64,000 nt of DNA from Candidatus Bathyarchaeota archaeon (lineage in GTDB: Archaea; Thermoproteota; Bathyarchaeia; Bathyarchaeales; Bathycorpusculaceae), in the NCBI GenBank assembly GCA_963733095.1, contig CAVTBV010000007.1:32001-96000 (forward strand). Direction: 5' to 3'. The notes under the pieces are model-generated. The model searched no databases, had not been told where the DNA came from, and worked only from the letters and a program-made list of their open reading frames with translations. The translations under genes were made by a program, and so were the position numbers. Shown piece after piece: positions 1-9,460 of this stretch. Numbering within the stretch: position 1 is the stretch's first letter; every line of letters begins with the position of its first letter.

Positions 1-279
1 GCTTTCAACGCTTGCTGCGATGAGGGCTGTGGAGACGCGATCGAGGCTTGTTGGTATGGTTATGGATCCGTTGGTTCGGTCGTTCTTAGAATGGAGGTCG
101 ATTTCGATTCTGCCGATGCGCCCGGTTTTTTGGAGTTCTCTTAGGTCGAGTTCGGGACCGAAAAGTCCTTCTGTTTGCCCGAAAACTGCTCCAATAACGT
201 CGGGTTTTTCAACTACACCTTCAATTTCAAATCTAGCATGTACAACGTACTTTATCGTAAATGTTTGGGATGTTCCCGT
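1..279 (-). CDS. dnaG: Archaeal DnaG-type primase/exosome subunit, 5' portion (runs off the window)
   Basis: Manual translation gives KYVVHARFEIEGVVEKPDVIGAVFGQTEGLFGPELDLRELQKTGRIGRIEI, the archaeal DnaG N-terminus. Absent from the ORF track. Apparent start is ACG, 10 nt after AGGAG. Confidence 0.93.
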
Positions 280-634
280 AAGTGTGCAACTCCTATGTAA
301 ATTATACTTATTTGATTATGTTAATCGCATTATGCGAGTATTTCTCGCAATGATGAGATTTTAATTTGTTACTAATTTAGAATTTAGGTGCATGCCGTCT
401 AATAACCCTTGTGGGTATGCGCCCATAGATTTTTTTGTACAACATTACAGCAATCAGTAAGTTATGGATCTTAAAACAACTTATGCGAAAAATGAAACAT
501 TATTTTAAAGAGATTATTTTGGATTCAGCAATGTGAGCGTTATTTGTGCAATCAAGCTTTTTTTGCTCGATGGATTGATGTGCAAATCGCAAAACTATTA
601 TAGTTCGTAACCGCTAAAATGTATGAGAACGTAC

Positions 635-850
635 GTGAAAAGAGAAGAAGCGGTGTCTCTTCTATAAGAGTTAAATTCTAAAATGCTAGTCCAAGCTCTA
701 TCATTTCAGATTGAGCAGAGAAAACCCGATAAATACCAAATAAGAATTAAGGGTTCCTATGACCTTGAGTTAATTCAAGCATATGCAAATTTTAAAAATT
801 TAGTAGCAGAAGAAAACGAAAAAAGACAACTAATTATTTTTAAGCCGTAA
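635..850 (+). pseudogene. Small hypothetical protein, paralog of 1257..1475, with internal TAA
   Basis: MKREEAVSLL*ELNSKMLVQ...YQIRIKGSYD...LIIFKP aligns with LNRLEAMALLKELVASELVN...CQIQIKCDYN...FVIAKP. TAA at 665-667 sits where the paralog has Lys. Confidence 0.7.
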
Positions 851-1256
851 TGTTTCTTCTATAGTTACCGCAAGTAGATGTAAAAGTAGGTTTGACGGAG
901 CAACGTTGTTAACTTGATGCGGTACTAAAATTTTTCTGGGAGGGGCAAGGAGAGAGATCAGCCGCATCTTGTTAACTTTTGCTCCGTCAAACTTTCTTTG
1001 GGCGGTTTCATACGCATATGTTACTTATCTCAAGTAAAAATAAAAGAGTATGTTGTAGGCATGAGCCACGTATTGTTTTAGTGTTAAACTTGAAGAATCA
1101 TTTAACCTTTAAGGGTGTCTTTGTTGAGCGCGTTGAAAGACGCAAACACAGAATAGATATGGTAGCAGACTTCTCTTTTTTTTTGCTACCTATTTTGGCT
1201 CTACAGAAAAAAAATTATATAGAGGATATCGATAATAGAATATGGGGAACGTACAC

Positions 1257-1475
1257 TTGAATCGGCTAGAAGCCATGGCATTGTTGAAGGAATTGGTTGC
1301 TAGCGAATTAGTTAACCCTGATTATTTGTCGATTCATAAAGAGAAGTCGGGCAATTGCCAGATACAGATTAAATGTGATTATAACAAGGCACACCTTGAA
1401 GAGTACGCAAAAAAGAACGGTTTAACCATGACAGAGGATAAGGAAAGAGAATACTTTGTTATCGCTAAACCCTAA
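1257..1475 (+). CDS. Small hypothetical protein (family with 635.. and 20037..)
   Basis: ORF 1242..1475. TTG start inferred from paralog alignment. Confidence 0.7.
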   Translation: MNRLEAMALLKELVASELVNPDYLSIHKEKSGNCQIQIKCDYNKAHLEEYAKKNGLTMTEDKEREYFVIAKP

Positions 1476-1481
1476 ATGTAC

Positions 1482-1607
1482 CTAGTGATAATCTGTGAAG
1501 GATGCATCACAGTTTTCACATTTATAATATGCCAAAGTAAAAGCATGGTTTTCTAATTTTTTCTTTGGAATTGGAACTTCTTCTCCGCAATTAGGACATT
1601 TAGCCAA
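1482..1607 (-). CDS. 41 aa zinc-ribbon protein (CPxCG...CxxC), possibly Cren7-like
   Basis: Manual translation MAKCPNCGEEVPIPKKKLENHAFTLAYYKCENCDASFTDYH*. Below the ORF track cutoff. Confidence 0.7.
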   Translation of the reverse strand: MAKCPNCGEEVPIPKKKLENHAFTLAYYKCENCDASFTDYH

Positions 1608-1864
1608 ACAAGCCCCTGCCCAAAGTTTATAGCTCAAACCAGAGCAATAAAAAATATAAAGATATGTTGGAACAGAACGCTACAACAAGCAATATCTAAG
1701 CCGAATTTAGCCAAAATTTAGTTCAAAATCTATATGCGCCTCATATGTGCAATTGAAGAATATTTGGCTACACACTGAAGACTACATCAAAGCAAGGGCT
1801 GAATAAATGGACTTAGAACCTGTCAACTTATATAATAAATCAAACAAAGAAGAGGTCGATACCC

Positions 1865-2680
1865 ATGAGCCTGCACCTGAACCCAGAATACGACAAACTC
1901 CTGCCAAAGATGTCAGAAGAAGAATTCGCTGAGCTTAAAACCTCCATCCAAACCGAAGGACAACACTACCCCATAATCGTCAACGAAGACCTCGTTGTCT
2001 TGGATGGGCACCACCGTTTTCGAGCCTGCATCGAACTTGGGCTTGAACCTGATTTTGAAGTACGCAAATTCGACGATAAACTCTTAGAGAAGAAATTTGT
2101 CATCGAAACGAACCTAAGACGCCGCCACCTAAACAACTTCCAGCTTGTAGAGTTAGCTGTTCCGTTGCTTGAAATCGAGAAAGCCCTTGCCAAGAAAAGA
2201 CAATCCCAAGGCGGCAAGAATGGCCGTGACACGCAGTTGGGGTTAGCGTCAGACGACGCAGAGCCTGACCTTGTGCCTAAGGCAAAAGCGACTGAGGCGG
2301 TTGCTAAGAAGGTGGGGGTTTCTGCGCGAACTTTGGAGCGGGGCAAAAAAATCATTGAAAAAGCAACCGAGGACGATAAGCAGAAACTGCGTGATGGAAA
2401 AACAAGCATATCCAAAGTGTACCAGGAAATTGTCTCCAGCGAAAACCCTCATCAGCAGGATGAGGAGGCCTTTGAGGCGTTTGCGCATCAGGATTCTGCA
2501 CATGAGGTTCAGAATAAGGCTGAATTACTCGAACTTTTGGATCGGATGGTTAAGCAGGAGTTGTTCTGTCCATCCTGTGGCACGTCGATGTTCGAATGCA
2601 GCAAATGCCACACGACCCTAAAGGAAATGGTGCATGAGAAGAAGGCAGGGAAGGCTGATGACCAAGAAAGAGAGTTTTAG
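1865..2680 (+). CDS. ParB/Srx N-terminal domain protein with HTH and C-terminal Cys4 motif
   Basis: PIIVNEDLVVLDGHHRFRAC (ParB GxxR motif), NLRRRHL, HTH-like EAVAKKVGVSARTLER, CPSC-x6-CSKC. Confidence 0.85.
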   Translation: MSLHLNPEYDKLLPKMSEEEFAELKTSIQTEGQHYPIIVNEDLVVLDGHHRFRACIELGLEPDFEVRKFDDKLLEKKFVIETNLRRRHLNNFQLVELAVPLLEIEKALAKKRQSQGGKNGRDTQLGLASDDAEPDLVPKAKATEAVAKKVGVSARTLERGKKIIEKATEDDKQKLRDGKTSISKVYQEIVSSENPHQQDEEAFEAFAHQDSAHEVQNKAELLELLDRMVKQELFCPSCGTSMFECSKCHTTLKEMVHEKKAGKADDQEREF

Positions 2681-2683
2681 CTT

Positions 2684-2920
2684 TTAGGTGGTTTTGTTTT
2701 TTTTTGGGATGTGGCTTTGGATGTTGGTGTCGCGGTTGTCTATTGGGGCTTTGAGGTTGTGGGTGATTTCATCTAGTCTTTGTTTTGCGTATTGTTTGAT
2801 TTTTGTGGGTTCAGCTGCTGCGTAGATGTGGTAGTAGCGCCGCCTTTTAGTTTTCTGGAACCTGTCTAATGGTTGTTGTATGTGGTTCGCCCAGATACAT
2901 GTATTGTTTGGTATTGACAA
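2684..2920 (-). CDS. Hypothetical protein
   Basis: Open frame filling the gap. No recognisable motif. Confidence 0.3.
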   Translation of the reverse strand: MSIPNNTCIWANHIQQPLDRFQKTKRRRYYHIYAAAEPTKIKQYAKQRLDEITHNLKAPIDNRDTNIQSHIPKKNKTT

Positions 2921-2985
2921 TACCGCAACATATTTATAATTTCTCAGCCACATCAACTCATACAAATACAACAAAGGTAAAAATT

Positions 2986-3099
2986 ATGGAATTAAAATTA
3001 AATTGCCCCCACGGAATTCCCGAAGAAGAATGCTGCGGCAACCCAACCTGCAGAGCCCGAATAGTATGGTTGAACGCCAAAAAAGAGGCAAAACTATGA
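2986..3099 (+). CDS. Small Cys-rich protein
   Basis: MELKLNCPHGIPEEECCGNPTCRARIVWLNAKKEAKL. Stop overlaps the thioredoxin start (ATGA). Confidence 0.55.
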   Translation: MELKLNCPHGIPEEECCGNPTCRARIVWLNAKKEAKL

Positions 3100-3521
3100 T
3101 CGACCCAGAAATAGAAAGAATCCAGAGAAAAAAGATAGCTGAAATGCTGGAGCGAGCTACAACGCAAGCTAAACCAACCGAACTATCGGCGGGTAAACCC
3201 ATACCTTTGACCGACAGCAATTTCGCGTCTGAGATCGCAAAACATAGCTTGATGCTGGTTGATTTTTGGGCGCCTTGGTGTGGTCCTTGCCGAATGGTGG
3301 GTCCACTAATTGAGCAGCTTGCAGCCGAGTACGCCGGGAAAGTCGCGTTTGGGAAGATGAACGTTGATGAGAACATGTCGGTTCCAAGCAGTTTTGGAGT
3401 CATGAGCATTCCAACAATGATTGTTTTCAAGAACGGCAAACCAGTCGAAACCCTCATCGGCGCGTGCCCCAAATCGCAGATTGAATCCAAGTTTAAACCC
3501 TTCATGGACAAAACCCAGTAA
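3096..3521 (+). CDS. trxA: Thioredoxin
   Basis: DFWAPWCGPC active site; SIPT cis-Pro motif. Confidence 0.95.
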   Translation: MIDPEIERIQRKKIAEMLERATTQAKPTELSAGKPIPLTDSNFASEIAKHSLMLVDFWAPWCGPCRMVGPLIEQLAAEYAGKVAFGKMNVDENMSVPSSFGVMSIPTMIVFKNGKPVETLIGACPKSQIESKFKPFMDKTQ

Positions 3522-3532
3522 CAGGTGACTGA

Positions 3533-3982
3533 GTGAGCGTCGCTGATAGTGAGAAAATCGTTGCCACCAAATCCCTCCTCTTATCGGGCACATCGCTTCT
3601 TTCGATCTGGGTGGTCTTAGGCACCCTCTCAATCTACCTAATCAACCCGCTCTTCGGCTGGCTCTTTTTGGGCTTCTCCGCCTTCGCAGTTTTGATTATA
3701 ATTCGGCGTTTGCTGTGCAATTCGTGCTATTACTGTAAATCCTGCACCAAAGGATTCGCCAAACTGTCCAAACTAACTCTGGGAAGCAAGCACATACCAG
3801 GAATAAGCAAAGGCTCAACAATCGGCATGGCCACCACAATGTACGCCATACTCACAGTCATCCCCAGCGCGGTACTCATAAATTCGATGCTTAGCGCCTA
3901 CAATCCGGTAAGTATCCTGTTGTTGGCGGCGATTCTTCTGGTCACGGTCTACACGTTGGTGGTTAGGGCAAAAGGCAAATAA
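3533..3982 (+). CDS. 4-TM membrane protein with CxxCxxCxxC loop
   Basis: Hydrophobic segments flanking CNSCYYCKSC. Confidence 0.8.
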   Translation: MSVADSEKIVATKSLLLSGTSLLSIWVVLGTLSIYLINPLFGWLFLGFSAFAVLIIIRRLLCNSCYYCKSCTKGFAKLSKLTLGSKHIPGISKGSTIGMATTMYAILTVIPSAVLINSMLSAYNPVSILLLAAILLVTVYTLVVRAKGK

Positions 3983-4012
3983 AATTCAACCCGAAAACAG
4001 TGCTGAGCGACC

Positions 4013-4207
4013 ATGACTAAAGCCTACATCGACCCCCAAAAGTGCATTCGATGCGACAAATGCAATGCTGCCAAAGCTTGTGCCATAAAAGCTATTTTCC
4101 GCATCAGCCCAGAAGACCCAAACGTTGTGGAGTCACGTCTTTGCCGTGGATGCGGAGACTGCGTAGCAGCCTGTGCAGCTAATGCGGTTGTTTTAAAAGA
4201 GGGCTAA
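4013..4207 (+). CDS. 2[4Fe-4S]-type ferredoxin
   Basis: CIRCDKC...C and CRGCGDCVAAC motifs. Confidence 0.9.
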   Translation: MTKAYIDPQKCIRCDKCNAAKACAIKAIFRISPEDPNVVESRLCRGCGDCVAACAANAVVLKEG

Positions 4208-4357
4208 GCCACACTTTTTTTTTAAAAAACCCTTTTTAGGGTAGTAGTTGAAAGCCAGCTTTTCTGAAATGGCTGTCAAATGTAAACGCTGATAGCACTC
4301 TAATCTCTCGCATTTACACAAGATAACCTCATGACAATTTCAAATTTAAATGGGCCG

Positions 4358-4392
4358 GGAGGGGGATCATAGCCCCAATTTACCAGTTAAAA
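4358..4392. repeat. 35 bp repeat shared with 19128..19162, containing a GGGG-n7-CCCC hairpin
   Basis: ggagggggatcatagccccaatttaccagttaaaa vs ggaaggggatcatagccccaatttaccagtaaaaa. Confidence 0.8.
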
Positions 4393-4559
4393 GCTATCAA
4401 GGCTGAGTCGGAGCGGGCTTACCCCTGAAGCGGTCTGAGATCTCCCGTATATTCCATTTTTTTCAATTTTCCTTTTCTATTTTTTGTCGGCTATTTTCCG
4501 TTGGGCTTTTTCAAATGGTTTTTATGTGAGACTATCCTAGTTACGAGTGGTGTTTTTGA

Positions 4560-4841
4560 ATGGTTGAAGATTTTGAACAAGACGATTTCGACATGATTGA
4601 CCCCACAACCAAAAAAGTTCTTGTAACCCTTTCCCAATTTGAGAAAGGTCTCTTGGTGACGGTAGACCTCTTACACAGAAAAACAGGTTTGATGCCTGAA
4701 GCCCTAAACGACGCAGCGCGGCACCTGTTAAAATCCAAGCTCATCGACATACCTGACCCGACAAAACGACATGGTCCCTACGATTTCGAAACCATCGAAA
4801 TAACCGACTTCGGAAGGCAAGTGCTCACAAAATTCGGGTAA
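4560..4841 (+). CDS. Hypothetical winged-helix-like protein
   Basis: 93 aa ORF ending ITDFGRQVL, typical of a wHTH wing. Confidence 0.6.
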   Translation: MVEDFEQDDFDMIDPTTKKVLVTLSQFEKGLLVTVDLLHRKTGLMPEALNDAARHLLKSKLIDIPDPTKRHGPYDFETIEITDFGRQVLTKFG

Positions 4842-4951
4842 AATGCCACAACTAAGCCCTCATCTTAAATAGCAACGATACTTTTTTCACTGATTCTCTC
4901 TTTTAATTTAACGAATATTTAGAGTTTTCAGAAAGTAAATTACTGTGACTT

Positions 4952-5075
4952 TTAGAGAAGTTTTGAAAAGTCATCGTATACTTTTTTCTCGTCACCGACG
5001 AAAAACACCATTACTGTATTTTGGTCCAAGTCTATTTCATAGAGCGCTCGGTAGTCACCTGATCCTGACTCTTTA
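4952..5075 (-). pseudogene. 3' remnant of RelE/ParE-family toxin
   Basis: (RVRI, frameshift) GDYRALYEIDLDQNTVMVFFVGDEKKVY matches the RelE pattern RxRxGDYRxxY...VGxRxxVY. No 5' part or antitoxin present. Confidence 0.65.
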
Positions 5076-5131
5076 ATTTGGACGGTTAAAAGCCTTAAGA
5101 TTATACTCTTACTCTAAGGTGGAGCATTAGA

Positions 5132-5485
5132 TTATTTAAGATAGTTATCAAGATTTGTTTCTCCTACTGTAAGCTCAGGAAATGTCGCGATCAGCTGTTT
5201 TGCTAATTCAACTATTATCATTTTAACTCCCTCTGTTTTCTCAACATTAATCTTTGGATAAAGCCTAACGACAACTCCATCGTTTCTTCCAGATATCATC
5301 GTAAGAAAAGAGGCCTTCTTGTCAGAATCAATCTCTAACGAATAGAAAAGTATCGCATTTTTTTCGCGCTCAAGATAAACATCCATGGTTTTTAGAATAC
5401 TGTTTTTGTTTCTTATCATCAACGGTTTTAATTCTTTGAAAATGTTCTCGATTGCAGCTTTACCATTTAGAACAACATGAGGCAA
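5132..5485 (-). CDS. Hypothetical protein
   Basis: TTG start after GGAGGAG; 117 aa. Confidence 0.7.
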   Translation of the reverse strand: MPHVVLNGKAAIENIFKELKPLMIRNKNSILKTMDVYLEREKNAILFYSLEIDSDKKASFLTMISGRNDGVVVRLYPKINVEKTEGVKMIIVELAKQLIATFPELTVGETNLDNYLK

Positions 5486-5759
5486 AACAACTCCTCCCTT
5501 ATTCAAGTGATTAGGGGAAGCAAATATTAGATTTTCCAATCTTAAAAGCAAATGACCAAACAAACAACACAAAACGTAGCTGTTCATGTACTCAAAGTTG
5601 CCGTCTATTGCAATAGCAAAACTTTTTTCGCCCGAATTAGCTACTTTGAAATCTGGACTGAAGAATACTAAGCCCGCAATGCCAGAGATAAGAAGGCTTA
5701 AGAAACAGGCACACCTCTCCTTTTTTAATCATCCACTTAGAGTATATCGAGGGCGTTAG

Positions 5760-6753
5760 ATGAGGGAATTCGCGAAACCTGTTGTAGTAGTCTCAAAATG
5801 TATTACTTTCGAACCTGTTAGATGGAATGGCCAAATAATAGCAAGCGAATTCGTGGAAAAACTTAAGCCCTACGTAAATTTTATCCCTGTTTGTCCAGAA
5901 ATTGAAATAGGACTAGGCGTGCCCCGCGACCCTGTCAGAATAGTATTAGTAAACGGAGAAAAAAAACTCCTGCAACCAGCGACGGGTTTCGACTTCACAG
6001 ACGAAATGACAAAGTTCTCAGAGTTTTTCTTGGATTCTTTGGATGCAGTTGACGGTTTCATACTCAAGAGTGCCTCTCCGAGTAGTGGTTTTAAAAATGT
6101 AAAAGTCTATCCAAGCATTGAGAGAGTCTCGTCAATAGAGAAAGCTCCTGGCTTCTTTGGAGGAGCAGTTCTTCAGAAATTTCCAAATTTGGCAATTGAA
6201 GACGAGCGCCGCCTGCTTAATCCAAGGATAAGAGAACATTTTCTTACGAAACTTTTCACTTTCAGCTAGTTTTAGAGAAGTAAAAAAATCTGGGAAAATC
6301 AGAGATCTGGTCAAATTTCAATCAGATAACAAATATTTGTTCACGGCGTACAATCAAACAGAGCTAAGAATCTTGGGAAAGTTGGTGGCAAACCAAGAAC
6401 ACAAACCTTTTGATGAAACAATGATGAGTTATGAGACCCACTTGTATTCTGCTTTGGCGCGTACTCCCAGTGCTGGTGCGAACATAAATGTCATGTTAAA
6501 GATTATGGGGTATTTCTCGCATCAGCTTTCCAAGGAAGAGAAATCCTTTTTCCTTAATTCTGTCGATAATTACAGAGCAGGAAGGCTGCCGTTGAGTGCA
6601 TGCTTGAACGTTTTGAAGGCTTGGATTGTTAGGTTCAAACAAGAATACTTATCGAGTCAGACTGTGCTTGAACCGTATCCTGAACAGCTTGCAGAACTGG
6701 AAACTGTTTTCTCAGAGGTTGATGGAAAGAACTACTGGAAATTGAAAAAATGA
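5760..6753 (+). pseudogene. DUF523 (2-thiouracil desulfurase-like)-DUF1722/YbgA fusion, frameshifted near 6262
   Basis: VSKC..EPVRWNG, PVCPE.EIGLGVPRDP and LKSASPSS; YbgA half ending YLSSQTVLEPYP. One extra base splits the two ORFs. Confidence 0.85.
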
Positions 6754-6766
6754 ATAACTAGGCAAC

Positions 6767-7687
6767 TTAATCAAATTTGTTTTTCAAAAAATTGTTCACT
6801 CGCCAGTCTTTTATTGCCAAGGTAATTGCTTTGATGGCGCTTTTTTCTTTATCTTTGATCTCCAACATTACATCGAAATCGAATTGTTTGGTCTGTTTCA
6901 AAAATAGGTCAAAGTCTTCTATGTTAATTGTTTCGGTGTGTTGCCTTGGCGATCCATTTGGTTCTTGAGAGCTATAGTCAACCATTGGAATCCCATCTGT
7001 TTTTTCATGCCATGTCTTTGTAGTAAGTTTGAAAGATTCTTCAGTTGCTAAATTCCCTGAATTGTTGAGTTTGTCATGAAAGACATCAAAAAGAATTGGA
7101 AGTTGAGTTTGAGCATTTATTTTTAGGCAGTCGTTCAAATCGTAAAGTTTATCATCGTTCTCGATTACTAAACGGCGAATTATTGAATCATCAAGTTTAC
7201 TGAATCGTGTAATAAATCTTTCAGTGCTTTTCTCTTTGTCTCCGTAAGCTCCACCGACATGGATTTGGATCTTTGCCGATGAATCTAGTTTCATCAAATC
7301 AAGTATTTCAGCGTGATATTTGAGTTCATTTTTGCTTCTTTCGAAAATATCCTCTTTAATTGAGTTAATTAGGGTAAACTGGTCTGGATGCATTGAAAGT
7401 CGCATTCTATTTTTTTTAATGAACTGGCCGATTTCTTCAAAATCTTCTTGAAAATACTCTTGCCAGTTGAACTTATTTATCGGATGAGACGCAAAAGGGA
7501 CCAAGTCTGAGGAAATTCTAAAAAAGAATAGCATATGCTCAAGATTGAACTGCAAGATTCTTGTCAAGCAGTCTAGATTATTTTTCATTGTCTGCTTAAG
7601 TCGGGTTTCAGAGTAAGATTTTAGACGAAAAGTGCTGTTTGCGGTGCAGTCAATCGTTCTATTGATACAAGGATAACCTATTCTCAT
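6767..7687 (-). CDS. uvsE: UV damage endonuclease UvsE/UVDE
   Basis: MRIGYPCIN, FFRISSDLVP, RLSMHPDQF, IHVGG, IENDD, DVFH, DVMLEIKDKE. Confidence 0.95.
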   Translation of the reverse strand: MRIGYPCINRTIDCTANSTFRLKSYSETRLKQTMKNNLDCLTRILQFNLEHMLFFFRISSDLVPFASHPINKFNWQEYFQEDFEEIGQFIKKNRMRLSMHPDQFTLINSIKEDIFERSKNELKYHAEILDLMKLDSSAKIQIHVGGAYGDKEKSTERFITRFSKLDDSIIRRLVIENDDKLYDLNDCLKINAQTQLPILFDVFHDKLNNSGNLATEESFKLTTKTWHEKTDGIPMVDYSSQEPNGSPRQHTETINIEDFDLFLKQTKQFDFDVMLEIKDKEKSAIKAITLAIKDWRVNNFLKNKFD

Positions 7688-7828
7688 TACTCATCCTTCT
7701 TCCTTAAACTTAATTGATCATCTATCTTAAAGCTCTCCATTTTCGTAGTCACAGCAGAATAGTCTTGCTTGAATGATGAGTACTCTAAAAAAGGAAAAGG
7801 GATAATTTAGTAATTGCTGGTGTTAGAA

Positions 7829-8326
7829 ATGACGAAGGTAAAGATGCCAAAAATGAAAGAAAAGGAGGTCGAACAGTTAATTAGAGAACAATTCCTTTGT
7901 CGAATAGCTTTCAAAGGTGACTTGCAACCTTACATCGCTCCTTTTCAGTACGCTTATGTTAATGGTATTCTTTACTTTCATTTCACAGATTACGGTAAGA
8001 AGATGAGTTTTTTCAAGCAAGAAACTCCAGTTTGCGTAGAGATAGAACGATATACGCCAAATCTTAGCGAATATAGTTTTGTAGTGCTTACTGGAAAACT
8101 AAGATTAGTTGAGGATCAAGAAGAAAGAAAAAAGGCTATAGAAAAGATGGCTGAAATAGGCAAACAGAAAATTTCAGCAAACTTTCTGATAGCTCATGGC
8201 TTTTCACAGGGCTCCGATTGGACCGATTTTACTGCAGACAAACCGATTCTAATCATAAAGCTTGATGAAGTTACTGAAAAGATAGGGCTTAAGTCACCTT
8301 CTTACCACAAAAACTATTGCTCGTAG
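7829..8326 (+). CDS. Pyridoxamine 5'-phosphate oxidase-like (NimA-like) flavin-binding protein
   Basis: CRIAF...PYIAP..Y...LYFH....GKK...VCVEI. Confidence 0.85.
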   Translation: MTKVKMPKMKEKEVEQLIREQFLCRIAFKGDLQPYIAPFQYAYVNGILYFHFTDYGKKMSFFKQETPVCVEIERYTPNLSEYSFVVLTGKLRLVEDQEERKKAIEKMAEIGKQKISANFLIAHGFSQGSDWTDFTADKPILIIKLDEVTEKIGLKSPSYHKNYCS

Positions 8327-8441
8327 AGGAAGCGGGGAGATGTGAAAAGTGCATTTGACGATTTCTCCGCGAAACGCGCTGGATAAGCATAAGAAATATT
8401 AATTGAGAATCTGGAAAGCACTAGATAAGGAGAAAACAAAA

Positions 8442-8693
8442 ATGGCCAAAGGAAAATTAGAGAAAACAATTGTCGATCCCTATTTACCCAGCAAGATTGT
8501 TCCTCCTGAGTATATTCGGGACGTTTTGCACGAAGCAAATAACGATTTTCCAGCAATTGAGTTTGAATATGAACTACCTCACAAATGGCTAGACGAAGAA
8601 TACAAGAGTCGATACGAGGAATTGGAACGCCAAATGATGGAAGTTCTAAACTGGCGATCTCGCTGGTTCGGAAAGCTGGATGCAAACAAATAA
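8442..8693 (+). CDS. Hypothetical protein
   Basis: ATG after AAGGAG; 83 aa. Confidence 0.6.
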   Translation: MAKGKLEKTIVDPYLPSKIVPPEYIRDVLHEANNDFPAIEFEYELPHKWLDEEYKSRYEELERQMMEVLNWRSRWFGKLDANK

Positions 8694-8739
8694 GTCACAC
8701 ACAACTTTATTTAAACTCCGACTAATATGCTTAAAGAAA

Positions 8740-9243
8740 TCAGTTCACGTTGAGTGTTTGCCGTGGGCTGAAGCCTATTTTTTTCAAAGACATATCGATG
8801 AATTCGATCTTCTCAGGCTCTACTTTAACTAACTCTATCCCGGTCTCGGGGAATGTCTTAAGGCCAAGTTCCTTAGCAGCTTTTTCCCATTGATACGCTG
8901 CCAATCCTTCTTTAAATTCTGTTGAGTTCTCTCTGGAAATTATCTTTGCTTTTCCGGTGATTTGTACTCCTTTGGCGCTGTCCCAACCTGTGTATGGGAG
9001 GAAAATGCCGATGCTGACGTTGGGATTCTTCTTCATGTTTTCCAGTTTTGTGCCTGGTTCACCCACGAAGTAAATAGTGATTCCTTTGGAGTGATACTCA
9101 ATCGGAGTAGCCCTAGGAAGCCCATCGCCACATGTCGCAAGCACACACATATTCTGTTCCTTAAGAAACCCAACAATGCGCTCCTCCAAAACTTCGGTTG
9201 GCATGTTCTTAACAAATGTTTGATCTCTTGATTCAGAACTCAT
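8740..9243 (-). CDS. Pyridoxamine 5'-phosphate oxidase-family protein
   Basis: CVLAT...PRATP, KLENMKKNPNVS, GVQITGKA. Confidence 0.85.
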   Translation of the reverse strand: MSSESRDQTFVKNMPTEVLEERIVGFLKEQNMCVLATCGDGLPRATPIEYHSKGITIYFVGEPGTKLENMKKNPNVSIGIFLPYTGWDSAKGVQITGKAKIISRENSTEFKEGLAAYQWEKAAKELGLKTFPETGIELVKVEPEKIEFIDMSLKKIGFSPRQTLNVN

Positions 9244-9460
9244 AACACTGCACCTTATGTTTTCCTATTTAGCAATTTTTTCTATTTAGGCATAGCGTTT
9301 CCGATCAGACTAACACGATTTGCTGATTCATAATCCTCCATACAAAAACTGGTTCAAGCGATAAAACAAAAGCTGATCGGGTAATAAAGGTCCACGATAT
9401 TTCGTAAAAGTAAGCATTAAGTACCTAAATAATACAGTAGATAAAGAGGAGAGAAGCTTT

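Noticed and set aside
20-364. 114 aa plus-strand ORF and similar overlapping track ORFs
   Set aside because: Antisense shadows of recognisable genes (here dnaG).
4401-4446. TPP riboswitch (GGCTGAG...ACCC.TGAA)
   Set aside because: The downstream CCTGAT...TAAT...GCG.AGGGA half is missing and there is no thiamine gene.
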